Source: an uncultured bacterium (GTDB lineage Bacteria; Patescibacteriota; Kazan-3B-28). From it: 64,000 bases of DNA. This document shows, one piece after another, positions 36,240 to 44,371 of this stretch. Position 1 is the stretch's first letter. Each line of letters opens with the position of its first letter. Under the pieces are notes generated by a model. It saw only the letters and a program-made list of their open reading frames with translations, was not told the DNA's origin and did no database searches. Position numbers and translations under genes: made by a program. The stretch lies in contig OY968788.1 of assembly GCA_963695435.1 (NCBI GenBank), positions 207,424 through 271,423 on the forward strand, written 5' to 3'.

Positions 36240-36989
36240 ATGTCAAAACGAGCAAGAGAGCGTAAAGCTAAAAAGTTAGAAGAGCAGAAAGTGGTGCGTG
36301 CCGAGATGCGTGAGCGTTATAAGGCACAGAATGCCAAATTGCGATGGTGGGTAGGCCGAAGCGGGCTAATGTTGGCTGGGTTGGCGGCAGTAGCGGTGGT
36401 AGTGATAGGCTCGGTTTGGGGATTTCAAAAAGTTAAGTCGTCGCTTGTAGTCAGCGGTCCGTTTGGTACAATCAGTCGCACAGAACTGGCTAATAATAAG
36501 TTTGCTCTGCTTGAGACCAGTGCGGGCAATATCAAGATAGAACTAAATGCCAAGGAAACACCTAAGACGGTGGCAAACTTCGTGTTGCTTGCAAAGAAGA
36601 ATTTCTTTGATGGAATCGCATTTCATCGGGTGATGAAAGATTTTATGATTCAAACCGGTGATCCAAACTCCAAAGATGATGACCCTAGCAATGATGGGAC
36701 AGGCGGGCCGGGGTATCAATTCAATGATGAAAAAATTGTCGGCGAATATACTCGCGGAACAGTAGCGATGGCAAACGCGGGTGCCAATACCAACGGCAGT
36801 CAGTTTTTCATTATGCATAAGGACAATACATCCCTGCCGAAAAGTTATGTGATTTTTGGGAAAGTAGTTGAGGGGATGGATGTGGTAGACAAAATTGCTA
36901 CAATGCCAGTTGAAGATAACGGACAAGGTGAAATTAGTCGGCTGAAAGAAAAAGTTACGATTAGTAAAGTAGTATTGAGCAACCAATAA
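36240..36989 (+). CDS. Membrane-anchored cyclophilin-type peptidyl-prolyl isomerase
   Basis: FHRVMKDFMIQTGDP and GTVAMANAGANTNGSQFFI. Confidence 0.85.
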   Translation: MSKRARERKAKKLEEQKVVRAEMRERYKAQNAKLRWWVGRSGLMLAGLAAVAVVVIGSVWGFQKVKSSLVVSGPFGTISRTELANNKFALLETSAGNIKIELNAKETPKTVANFVLLAKKNFFDGIAFHRVMKDFMIQTGDPNSKDDDPSNDGTGGPGYQFNDEKIVGEYTRGTVAMANAGANTNGSQFFIMHKDNTSLPKSYVIFGKVVEGMDVVDKIATMPVEDNGQGEISRLKEKVTISKVVLSNQ

Positions 36990-36990
36990 T

Positions 36991-37290
36991 ATGGTATTCG
37001 ATAAAGCAAAAAGAATGTGGCAGCTGCAGTCCAAAGCGCGTGCGATTCAGCGGGAGCTGAAGGGAATGCAGTTTGAAGGTTCGGAATTGGGCGGCAAAGT
37101 ACGAGTGATAGTGGATGGGGAACAGAAGATACAGCTGATAGATATCGCGGAAGAATTGCTGGTTCCGAGCGAAAAAATGGCGGTAGAAAAGTTTATCCGA
37201 CAAGCGGCTAATTCGGCAATTACTAAAGCTCAACAGGCGTCAGCACAAAAAATGAAGGGTGTGGCGGGAGATTTGGGGCTAAATATCTAA
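36991..37290 (+). CDS. ybaB: YbaB/EbfC nucleoid-associated protein
   Basis: 99 aa, KARAIQRELKGMQFEGSELGGKVRVIVDG; classic dnaX-ybaB-recR context. Confidence 0.8.
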   Translation: MVFDKAKRMWQLQSKARAIQRELKGMQFEGSELGGKVRVIVDGEQKIQLIDIAEELLVPSEKMAVEKFIRQAANSAITKAQQASAQKMKGVAGDLGLNI

Positions 37291-37293
37291 CTT

Positions 37294-37914
37294 ATGCAGA
37301 GTTTGCCGAAATCTATTGAGCGGTTGATCAACGCAATAAGTCAGTTGCCGGGAATTGGGCCAAAGACAGCTTCGCGGCTGGCTTTTTATTTAGTTAGGAA
37401 CAACACAGTCGATACCAAAAGCTTGGGTGAAGCATTTTTGAATTTGAAAGAGGACATTGTTTATTGTTCTATTTGTCACAACATTGCTGATCAGGATCCG
37501 TGCAAAATTTGTGATGACAAAACTCGTGATCAATCAATCTTGGCGGTTGTGGAAGAACCATTGGATGTTATCGCACTGGAACGAGCAGGGTTTGCAGGTT
37601 TGTATCATGTGCTAGGGGGGAGAATAAGCCCACTGGATGGGATTGGTCCAGCAGAATTGCAAATAGAAAGTCTCGTAGAGCGTCTCTCTGCAAATCCCGA
37701 TATAAAGGAGGTGGTTATAGCCACCAACCCCAATGTAGAAGGCGAGGCGACTGCAGCTTATCTGATAAAAACACTTTCTGGAAGCGGGAAAAAGCTTTCA
37801 AGAATCGCACGGGGGCTCCCGATGGGTGCTGATTTGGAATATGCCGATGATTTGACGCTGGTAAGGGCGCTGGAAGGAAGAAACGAGGTCGGCGAGGTGA
37901 TAAAATCAGAATGA
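37294..37914 (+). CDS. recR: Recombination protein RecR
   Basis: LPGIGPKTASRLAFYL HhH, C4 zinc finger CSICHN..CKICDD, Toprim. Confidence 0.9.
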   Translation: MQSLPKSIERLINAISQLPGIGPKTASRLAFYLVRNNTVDTKSLGEAFLNLKEDIVYCSICHNIADQDPCKICDDKTRDQSILAVVEEPLDVIALERAGFAGLYHVLGGRISPLDGIGPAELQIESLVERLSANPDIKEVVIATNPNVEGEATAAYLIKTLSGSGKKLSRIARGLPMGADLEYADDLTLVRALEGRNEVGEVIKSE

Positions 37915-38822
37915 TGGGTAATAAATTACCGTTTCTACTGCAGGGACTATTCGTAGTATTCCTGTGGTCGGCGTCAAAGATTGTAATGAAAATCGGATTG
38001 GAAGAAATCCCGCCGTATTTTTTTGCTGGTTTATTACAATTATTAGTTTTTGTTCTTTTATTGATTTACACATGGTGGCAAAGAAAGAAATATTCATTCA
38101 AGCTTTCGGCGAAAGATAAATATGTAGCGGTTTTGTCAGGAATTGTGGGTGATGGCGCGGCGATTTTATTTTCAATGATCGGTTTGCAGTATGTGACGGG
38201 TGCTACTGCAGGTTTGATTGCGGCTACTAGTATTATTTTTGCTCTATTGATGGCGGGAATTCTGCTTAGGGAAAAACCGCGCTTGGAACAGTATTTTGGT
38301 ATTGCGGTGCTGGTTGCTGGTGTTGGAGTGTTTTTGGGTAATCAAGTCTTGGGCGGAACATTGTTGGGAGTTGGGATATTGCTTGTGGCGGAAGCGGCGT
38401 ATGCGTTTCATGCCGCAACAAATAGGATGATTTCAAAAACTCACAAGCAGGATATAAGTTTGCCATTAGCTCTACTTGGCAGCGGAGTGGGTGCGCTGAT
38501 TTTGGTTCCTGTCGGATTACTAATGAATGGTGTGCCTAGGGTAGTGTGGGATAGCAGATTGATTTTGGGGATTTTGGCGGTGGCGCTGATATTTGTGTTC
38601 GGAGAACTAATTTGGAATGGTCTACTGGATAAGCTGCAGGTTTTCGAGCTTTCGATTTTGAGCAACACGATGATAATCCAAGTGGCAATACTTTCGGTCA
38701 TCTTTTTGAATGAAACAATAACTACGAATAATATTATGGGCGGGTTATTGGTTTTGCTGGGTGCGGTGGTAGTGGACGGGCGGATGATATTTCCACACGC
38801 TTTTGGGCTAAAGTTAGCGTAA
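37911..38822 (+). CDS. DMT (EamA-like) family transporter
   Basis: 10 TM helices in two 5-TM repeats. Confidence 0.55.
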   Translation: MMGNKLPFLLQGLFVVFLWSASKIVMKIGLEEIPPYFFAGLLQLLVFVLLLIYTWWQRKKYSFKLSAKDKYVAVLSGIVGDGAAILFSMIGLQYVTGATAGLIAATSIIFALLMAGILLREKPRLEQYFGIAVLVAGVGVFLGNQVLGGTLLGVGILLVAEAAYAFHAATNRMISKTHKQDISLPLALLGSGVGALILVPVGLLMNGVPRVVWDSRLILGILAVALIFVFGELIWNGLLDKLQVFELSILSNTMIIQVAILSVIFLNETITTNNIMGGLLVLLGAVVVDGRMIFPHAFGLKLA

Positions 38823-38827
38823 ATAAT

Positions 38828-38950
38828 CTCGGAGGGAAAAGACCAGAAAAAGGTCTTTTCCCTTCCGACGCTCCGACAAGTCGGAGCTGCCTCCCTTTTT
38901 CTAGGAGTTCGCAGTCCGAAGTAAATTCGAGACTGCTCACGGATTAGGAT
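38828..38950 (+). repeat. 120-nt three-hairpin repeat element, copy 1 (DMT-cysS spacer)
   Basis: ctcggagggaaaagaccagaaaaaggtcttttcccttccgacgctccgacaagtcggagctgcctccc..gcagtccgaa..ttcgagactgc..ggattagga; second copy at 56492-56611. Confidence 0.8.
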
Positions 38951-38974
38951 AGAATAAGATTAGAAAGTTGAAAG

Positions 38975-40321
38975 ATGCTAAAAATATTCAATACATTAGG
39001 GAGGAAACTGCAGGAGTTTAAACCGATCAAAAAGGGTGCGGTTTCGATGTATTCCTGTGGACCGACTGTTTACAAGTCAGCGCACATTGGGAATCTGCGG
39101 GCGTATTTGGCATCAGATATTTTACGGAGAGTTTTGGAATACAACGGGTACAAAGTGAAACAGGTAATAAATATCACAGATGTAGGACATCTGACATCAG
39201 ACGCAGATACAGGTGAAGATAAAGTAGAAAAGGAAGCGAAGAAAGAACACAAAAAGGCATCTGAAATCACAAAATTTTATGCCGACCAGTTTGTGAAAGA
39301 TATCAAGACGCTGAATATTGAATTGCCTGTGAAATTTGCGTGGGCGAGCAAATATATAAAAGAACAAATCGATTTAATTAAGAAATTAGAGAAAAAAGGT
39401 TACGTCTATGTAACGGAAGACGGAGTTTATTTTGATACGGCGAAATTTAAAGGCTACGGGAAGCTAGGGAAAGTTAGCACTGGCGTGGCACGAGTAGCCC
39501 ATAGCAAAGAAAAGAAACGAGAAACTGATTTCGCTTTGTGGAAATTCTCGGGCAATGAAAAACGACAGCAGGAGTGGAAATCTCCGTGGGGAGTCGGTTT
39601 CCCGGGATGGCATATTGAATGTTCGGCAATTTCCACGAAAGAATTGGGACAGCCGTTTGATATTCATACAGGCGGAATTGATCATGTGCTAATTCATCAC
39701 AATGATGAAATTGCGCAAAGCGAAGCAGCTTATGGCAAGCCGTTGGCAAATTATTGGGTACACAATGATTTTCTGCAGATGAATGATAAAAAGATGGCGA
39801 AAAGCACCGGCAATTTTTACACTTTGTCGGATTTGATAAAACAAGGCATTGATCCGATGGTATTTCGGTATTTTGTTATTTCGGGACAATATCGGCAGAA
39901 ATTGAACTTTTCTAAGTCAGCACTTGAAGGTGCGCAGAATTCTTTGAATAAATTGCGAGCGGTGTTTGATGAAAAAACTCGTGGCGGGAAGATTTCACAA
40001 ACGCACAAGCAAAAGTTTTTGGCTGGTCTTAATGATGATTTGAATATGCCGAAAGCGTTGGTAGTAGTTTGGGATTTGGTGAAATCTAAAAAATCTTTTG
40101 CGGACAAACAAACTACTCTGCTCAATTTTGATAAAGTTTTGGGATTAGGGTTGAAAGACTATAAGCCATCTGCTATTCCAGCGGAGGTGAAAAAGTTAGT
40201 TGCAGAGCGTGAAAAAGCTCGTAAAACAAAAGACTGGAAAAAAGCCGACCAAATCAGAGAAAAGATAGCTAAACTCGGCTTTACGGTGGAGGATACCTCC
40301 AAGGGGCCCAGGATTGGCTAG
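38975..40321 (+). CDS. cysS: Cysteine--tRNA ligase
   Basis: CGPTVYKSAHIGNLRAY (HIGH), KMAKSTGN (KMSKS). Confidence 0.9.
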   Translation: MLKIFNTLGRKLQEFKPIKKGAVSMYSCGPTVYKSAHIGNLRAYLASDILRRVLEYNGYKVKQVINITDVGHLTSDADTGEDKVEKEAKKEHKKASEITKFYADQFVKDIKTLNIELPVKFAWASKYIKEQIDLIKKLEKKGYVYVTEDGVYFDTAKFKGYGKLGKVSTGVARVAHSKEKKRETDFALWKFSGNEKRQQEWKSPWGVGFPGWHIECSAISTKELGQPFDIHTGGIDHVLIHHNDEIAQSEAAYGKPLANYWVHNDFLQMNDKKMAKSTGNFYTLSDLIKQGIDPMVFRYFVISGQYRQKLNFSKSALEGAQNSLNKLRAVFDEKTRGGKISQTHKQKFLAGLNDDLNMPKALVVVWDLVKSKKSFADKQTTLLNFDKVLGLGLKDYKPSAIPAEVKKLVAEREKARKTKDWKKADQIREKIAKLGFTVEDTSKGPRIG

Positions 40322-40373
40322 TTATCCCCATCGTTTGAGCTAGGCAAGGGGTATTCAGGTATATAATCAGAGT

Positions 40374-41321
40374 ATGGAGGAAGGGAGATACAATTATGCG
40401 CGAGATGGGTTTGTCTATCTCTTGAGTTACGCTACGCTGCTGATTAGCAGTGTAGGTTTGAACTTTTTGTTGAAGGCGATTGTTGCTAAATTTATTCCCG
40501 ACTCGCTGCAAACCGTTACCACGGCTTTACCCGATGAAGTGCTCATCGGTTTTATGGCGGCGGCGCTGATTAGTTTCCCAATTTTTGTTTATCTTAATTT
40601 TACCGCTAATAGATTACTGAAGAGCGGAAAGATGAAACCGGAGTCCGGAGTTCGGAACTGGTTGTTGTATATCACTATGGTGGCGGTTATTCTCATTATC
40701 ATCTGGCAGATAATTCAGCTATTCATGGGGTTCTTCAACGGCGTGTTAGTAATGCAATTTATTATCGATACACTAATTACTTTGGCGATTGCTTTTGCGG
40801 TATTGGGTTATCAATGGTGGCATCTTCGGACATTTGGCGGCCACAAAGAGCCTAGTGTTGGTTTGGGATTCAGAATTTTTGAGTGGATAGTGTTTGTTGT
40901 TATGGCTGGAGCGGTGATCAGCAGCTTCTTCATCATCGGTAGTCCGGCAACTCGGCGGGCAACAAATTTGGACAATACTAGAGTGCAGAGATTGTCGGAA
41001 ATTCAGGGGGCCATCCAAAACTACTATGGGTTTAAGGGCGGGGCTGGTCATCTGGCGCTCCCAGTAAATCTTGATCAACTGGTTGCCGACGCAAACACCT
41101 ATATTCCTCCCGATGGTTTGATTGACCCTGTCACCAAACAAAGATTTGAATACAGGGTAATGGGTCCTAGAATCTACGAGTTGTGTGCTACTTTCGAAAC
41201 GGTGTTTTCAGCTACTAGCAATAATAAAACTTCTGTCACTCCTGTAACTGAACCGGCTAGTTCGACTCAACGGTTTTATCACGGAATTGGGAGGCAATGC
41301 TTTCCCTTGAATGTAAACTAG
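40374..41321 (+). CDS. Hypothetical polytopic membrane protein
   Basis: 4-5 TM helices in the N-terminal 190 aa, soluble C-terminal domain; no family recognised. Confidence 0.4.
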   Translation: MEEGRYNYARDGFVYLLSYATLLISSVGLNFLLKAIVAKFIPDSLQTVTTALPDEVLIGFMAAALISFPIFVYLNFTANRLLKSGKMKPESGVRNWLLYITMVAVILIIIWQIIQLFMGFFNGVLVMQFIIDTLITLAIAFAVLGYQWWHLRTFGGHKEPSVGLGFRIFEWIVFVVMAGAVISSFFIIGSPATRRATNLDNTRVQRLSEIQGAIQNYYGFKGGAGHLALPVNLDQLVADANTYIPPDGLIDPVTKQRFEYRVMGPRIYELCATFETVFSATSNNKTSVTPVTEPASSTQRFYHGIGRQCFPLNVN

Positions 41322-41850
41322 CGTTTGGCGTTTAGTTTTTTATTTTTCTTTTGTCATGCTTGAGTGAAACGAAGCATCTATAATGATGTTTCTTTTTTTA
41401 TTTTTCTTTTCAAGGGTCTGCGCGACCCTTGGCGGCGGGACCGAGCGCCGAATCGCGCTCGACCGATTGTCGCTTTGTCTTGGCAAAGCGACGGAAACCG
41501 CTTGCCCACGTCGTCGGAACTATCAATTGGCAAAAATCATCTTTCCGCTAATGGTCGAAACTCGGTCGGTCGCCGCGGCGACCTCCTTCAAACATCTCCC
41601 CGCGGTGATGATTTTACTCAATTGATTACGTTCTTCCTCCTATGGCGGGGGAAGACTTCATTCTAGATTCTAAATTCTAGATTCTAGATTCCAGATTCTA
41701 TCCTTGGGCTCCAATGGCGGAGGGAGAGGCGATGATTTCTCTTGCTCTTGATTTACCCCCCCAATCACTTAGAATGGGGGCGATTTGGCATCTTGAAATG
41801 TCGGTAAGGTAATCTCTGAAGAAAACATCCCTAAAGGAGGGAAAAGCTCG
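41322..41850 (+). repeat. Mosaic intergenic repeat element, locus L4 (M1-M7-M2-M3, tandem heptamers, M4)
   Basis: ttttcttttGTCATgcttgagtgaaacgaagcatc, gggtctgcgcgaccc, gaccgagcgccgaatcgcgctcgaccgatt, ctaatggtcgaaactcggtcg, ggctccaatggcggagggagagg. Confidence 0.75.
41661..41702 (+). repeat. Tandem heptamer (TTCTAGA)x6, imperfect
   Basis: ttctaga ttctaaa ttctaga ttctaga ttccaga ttctatc. Confidence 0.85.
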
Positions 41851-42283
41851 ATGAAACGGTTCTTCTTTCTGATTCTTCTGGTGTTGCTCCTTGTGAGTTG
41901 CGGCGGCGGCGGAAGACCGGGGATAGACAATACAACTCCTTTCTCCCCCGACGGTTAATCCACCCTACTTAAGTTATGTGGAGATCAGCCCTCCGCTTGT
42001 TGCGATTCCGGCTGGCGGTACATGTCAGTTCCATGCACGGGCCTTCGACGACGAGGGTAACCCTATGTATGGAATGTACGGAGGAGAAGAGTTGCGGTAC
42101 TGCTTTGCAAAAGCAGACGAGCTCAAAGGAAGCATCAATTCTGTAACTGGGTTGCTCACAGTGGCTGAAGATTGTCCACCGGGACGCTACGATGATGCGA
42201 TACATGTAGTCGCATACATCCCAAGTGGCCGAAATACTCCTACTGTTTATGCGGATGTGGTGGTTGTTGCGGAGTCACCGTAG
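41851..42283 (+). pseudogene. Lipoprotein signal peptide ORF (35 aa) and Big_2-like Ig domain ORF in different frames; probable single frameshifted gene
   Basis: MKRFFFLILLVLLLVSCGGGG lipobox ORF stops at 41956-58; Ig-like ORF (GTG 41978) frame is open back to 41927, so one +1 shift fuses them. Confidence 0.35.
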
Positions 42284-42397
42284 ACACAACTTTTGCATTC
42301 AGTACCTTTACGATTACGATTAGCCCAGCGCGGGAACGCGCTGGGCTTTTTGCTATCTCTCACTAGGTCACTAGGGAACTAGGTCACTTGTTCTTCG

Positions 42398-42595
42398 TTA
42401 CTTCTTTCTTTTTGGGGCGAAGACGAAGATATAGAGGATTTCTAGTAGACCCAACGTATTGATGATTAAAAGGAAAATATACCACCACATTTGATCTGCT
42501 CGGGCGGATTTCCACAGAGCAACAGCCTTCCAAGGAAGTGTCCATGCAACTGCTAACCAAATGACCCAAGTATTGTCGATGAGAAATTGTGTCAT
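42398..42595 (-). CDS. Small membrane protein, PLDc_N-like (65 aa)
   Basis: Two TM helices, W-rich, KRKK C-terminus. Confidence 0.45.
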   Translation of the reverse strand: MTQFLIDNTWVIWLAVAWTLPWKAVALWKSARADQMWWYIFLLIINTLGLLEILYIFVFAPKRKK

Positions 42596-42678
42596 GATCT
42601 CTTGATTAATAATTTATATAGATATATTTATTTTAGATCCTTCCCCCGAAAAATCGGGGTCAGGATGACGCTGGAGCG

Positions 42679-43338
42679 TCACTTATTACCTTGTTTGAAC
42701 CAGATGAAAGACATCAGAATAGGAAGACCACCGGCAACGGATACGCCAATCATCGGGATGTAAAAATTGAGCGGAGTTGGCATAAGCGGAGAGAGTAAAA
42801 ACAGAACACCGCCGATAGCAAAAGTATAGGCGCCGAGACGGTGAGTTTTTTGCCAGTTTGTTTCGTTATCCAGTGTCCAGGGTGTGCGAATGCCCATAAA
42901 GAAGTTGGATTTCACTTGTGTTAGATAATTACCAATAAACAAGAATAGTACACCGACTGATATTGGAATGATTTTATCAATCGCTATTGGGTTGCTAGTG
43001 ATGGCAGCGTAGGTGGTCAGCCCGTACATAAAAGCGAAGAACACCATCATAAAGTTGCGAATCATTTGGTAGAAACCCCATGATTCAATAAAGTGCTGAC
43101 GACGTGGTTCGATGTGAGGTAGCAGCAAAAATAGTAGATACATTCCGAGCATCATACCAGGGAACATCAGTACATGCCCAAGGGGTGTGGTCCAGCCGTC
43201 AATTTGTCCGCTGATTCCCCAATGAGACGGAACTTTGGCGGGAAGCAGAGGATACACCCAAATTGCTGCGGCAATTACCATTAAGATGAGCAGTATTGAA
43301 AGCCATTCGGTTTTGAATGTGAACTTAATTTTTTGCAT
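42679..43338 (-). CDS. SdpI/YhfL family membrane protein
   Basis: 6 TM helices, W/F-rich; directly downstream of and co-oriented with the ArsR/SdpR-like regulator. Confidence 0.55.
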   Translation of the reverse strand: MQKIKFTFKTEWLSILLILMVIAAAIWVYPLLPAKVPSHWGISGQIDGWTTPLGHVLMFPGMMLGMYLLFLLLPHIEPRRQHFIESWGFYQMIRNFMMVFFAFMYGLTTYAAITSNPIAIDKIIPISVGVLFLFIGNYLTQVKSNFFMGIRTPWTLDNETNWQKTHRLGAYTFAIGGVLFLLSPLMPTPLNFYIPMIGVSVAGGLPILMSFIWFKQGNK

Positions 43339-43601
43339 TATTTAAACCCTTCCAAAAAATTATTGATTATATCGTAGAACACAGTAGTGTTTAGTGAATA
43401 AAGAATGTTTTGTCCCTGTTTTTCAGAGGTGATTAGGTTGGCGGATTTCAGGGTGTTCAAGTGGTGCGAAAGGGAGGGACCAGAGATAGGGAAGTAGATG
43501 CCTAATTCGCTCGGAGTCAAATCCCGCTTCCGCAATTTTTTCAGAATCTCTCGGCGGATAGGATCTGATAGAGCCTTAAATGCTAGCGATACTCCACTCA
43601 T
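43338..43601 (-). CDS. ArsR/SmtB family transcriptional regulator (SdpR-like)
   Basis: LSDPIRREILKKLRKRDLTPSELGIYFPISGPSLSHHLNTLKSANLI winged HTH. Confidence 0.7.
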   Translation of the reverse strand: MSGVSLAFKALSDPIRREILKKLRKRDLTPSELGIYFPISGPSLSHHLNTLKSANLITSEKQGQNILYSLNTTVFYDIINNFLEGFK

Positions 43602-43699
43602 GGTAATTAGATGTTTAGAGAACTATCTAAATACTAACAAGGTCGGGGAGGGGCGTCAAGGGGATTTACAAAAAGTGATTTTGCGGTAACCTATTTATC

Positions 43700-44143
43700 A
43701 TGAAGATCGTCAGCCAACTGATTGACTTTCAAACCGCTCAAACTCTGGATTTTATTGATATTACAGATTCAATACAGGGGAAGATTGCCGAAAGTGATAT
43801 TGAGAAGGGTTTGGTCAATATTCAAAGTCTGCATACAACTCTGGCGGTGGTGGTGAACGAATCAGAACCACTGCTGATTTCGGATATGAAAAAACTGCTG
43901 GAGGAATCAGCGCCCCAATCTAGAAAATATGCGCATGATGATTTTACGGTACGTACGGTGAATATGTGCGAGGACGAATGTGCTAATGGTCACGCTCACA
44001 ACAAAGCTTTGCATTTGCCGACTTCGGTGATGCTGAATATAGTTGAAGGAAAACTGCAGTTGGGGCAGTGGCAGAGGGTGTTTGCGATAGAATTGGATAG
44101 GCCTCGCGACCGGCAAGTCGCTTTACAGATTATTGGGGTATAA
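43700..44143 (+). CDS. YjbQ/UPF0047 family protein
   Basis: IDITD..LVNIQSLHTTLAVVVNE..HLPTSVML..GQWQRVFAIELD pattern of the YjbQ family. Confidence 0.6.
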   Translation: MKIVSQLIDFQTAQTLDFIDITDSIQGKIAESDIEKGLVNIQSLHTTLAVVVNESEPLLISDMKKLLEESAPQSRKYAHDDFTVRTVNMCEDECANGHAHNKALHLPTSVMLNIVEGKLQLGQWQRVFAIELDRPRDRQVALQIIGV

Positions 44144-44155
44144 TTCAGGTGTTAT

Positions 44156-44229
44156 TCCCGGATCGTCTAACGGCAGGACACAAGGTTTTGGTCCTTGGAA
44201 TCGGGGTTCGATTCCCTGTCCGGGAGCCA
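44156..44229 (+). tRNA. tRNA-Gln (anticodon UUG)
   Basis: Hand-folded cloverleaf: acceptor tcccgga/tccggga, D stem gtct/ggac, anticodon stem caagg/ccttg with loop ttTTGgt, T arm cgggg-ttcgatt-ccctg, discriminator g + CCA. Confidence 0.85.
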
Positions 44230-44328
44230 TGAGACAAATTTTAATGTGGGAGTCCCGTGATTCGTTCTGCTGTACAGCAGAACCGCCCCAGACCCGAAGG
44301 GTCCCCATCGGGGCCAATTTGGATACGG

Positions 44329-44358
44329 AAAAAGGCGGGCCATAAGGCCCGCCTTTTT
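44329..44358. terminator. Bidirectional rho-independent terminator
   Basis: aaaaaggcgggcc ataa ggcccgcctttttga between the tRNA and the convergent 44372-46444 gene. Confidence 0.65.
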
Positions 44359-44371
44359 GATGTTGTAAGGT

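Noticed and set aside
41661-41702. CRISPR array
   Set aside because: The only tandem arrays (TTCTAGA x6, the CACTCGT heptamers at 33.27 kb, GA-rich tagagag runs at 8.3, 20.1 and 62.7 kb) have 7-nt units with no spacers. No cas genes are present.
44230-44330. Possible second tRNA or tRNA fragment right after tRNA-Gln
   Set aside because: gtgggagtcccgtgattcgttc has faint T-arm resemblance, but no acceptor, D or anticodon stems could be built.
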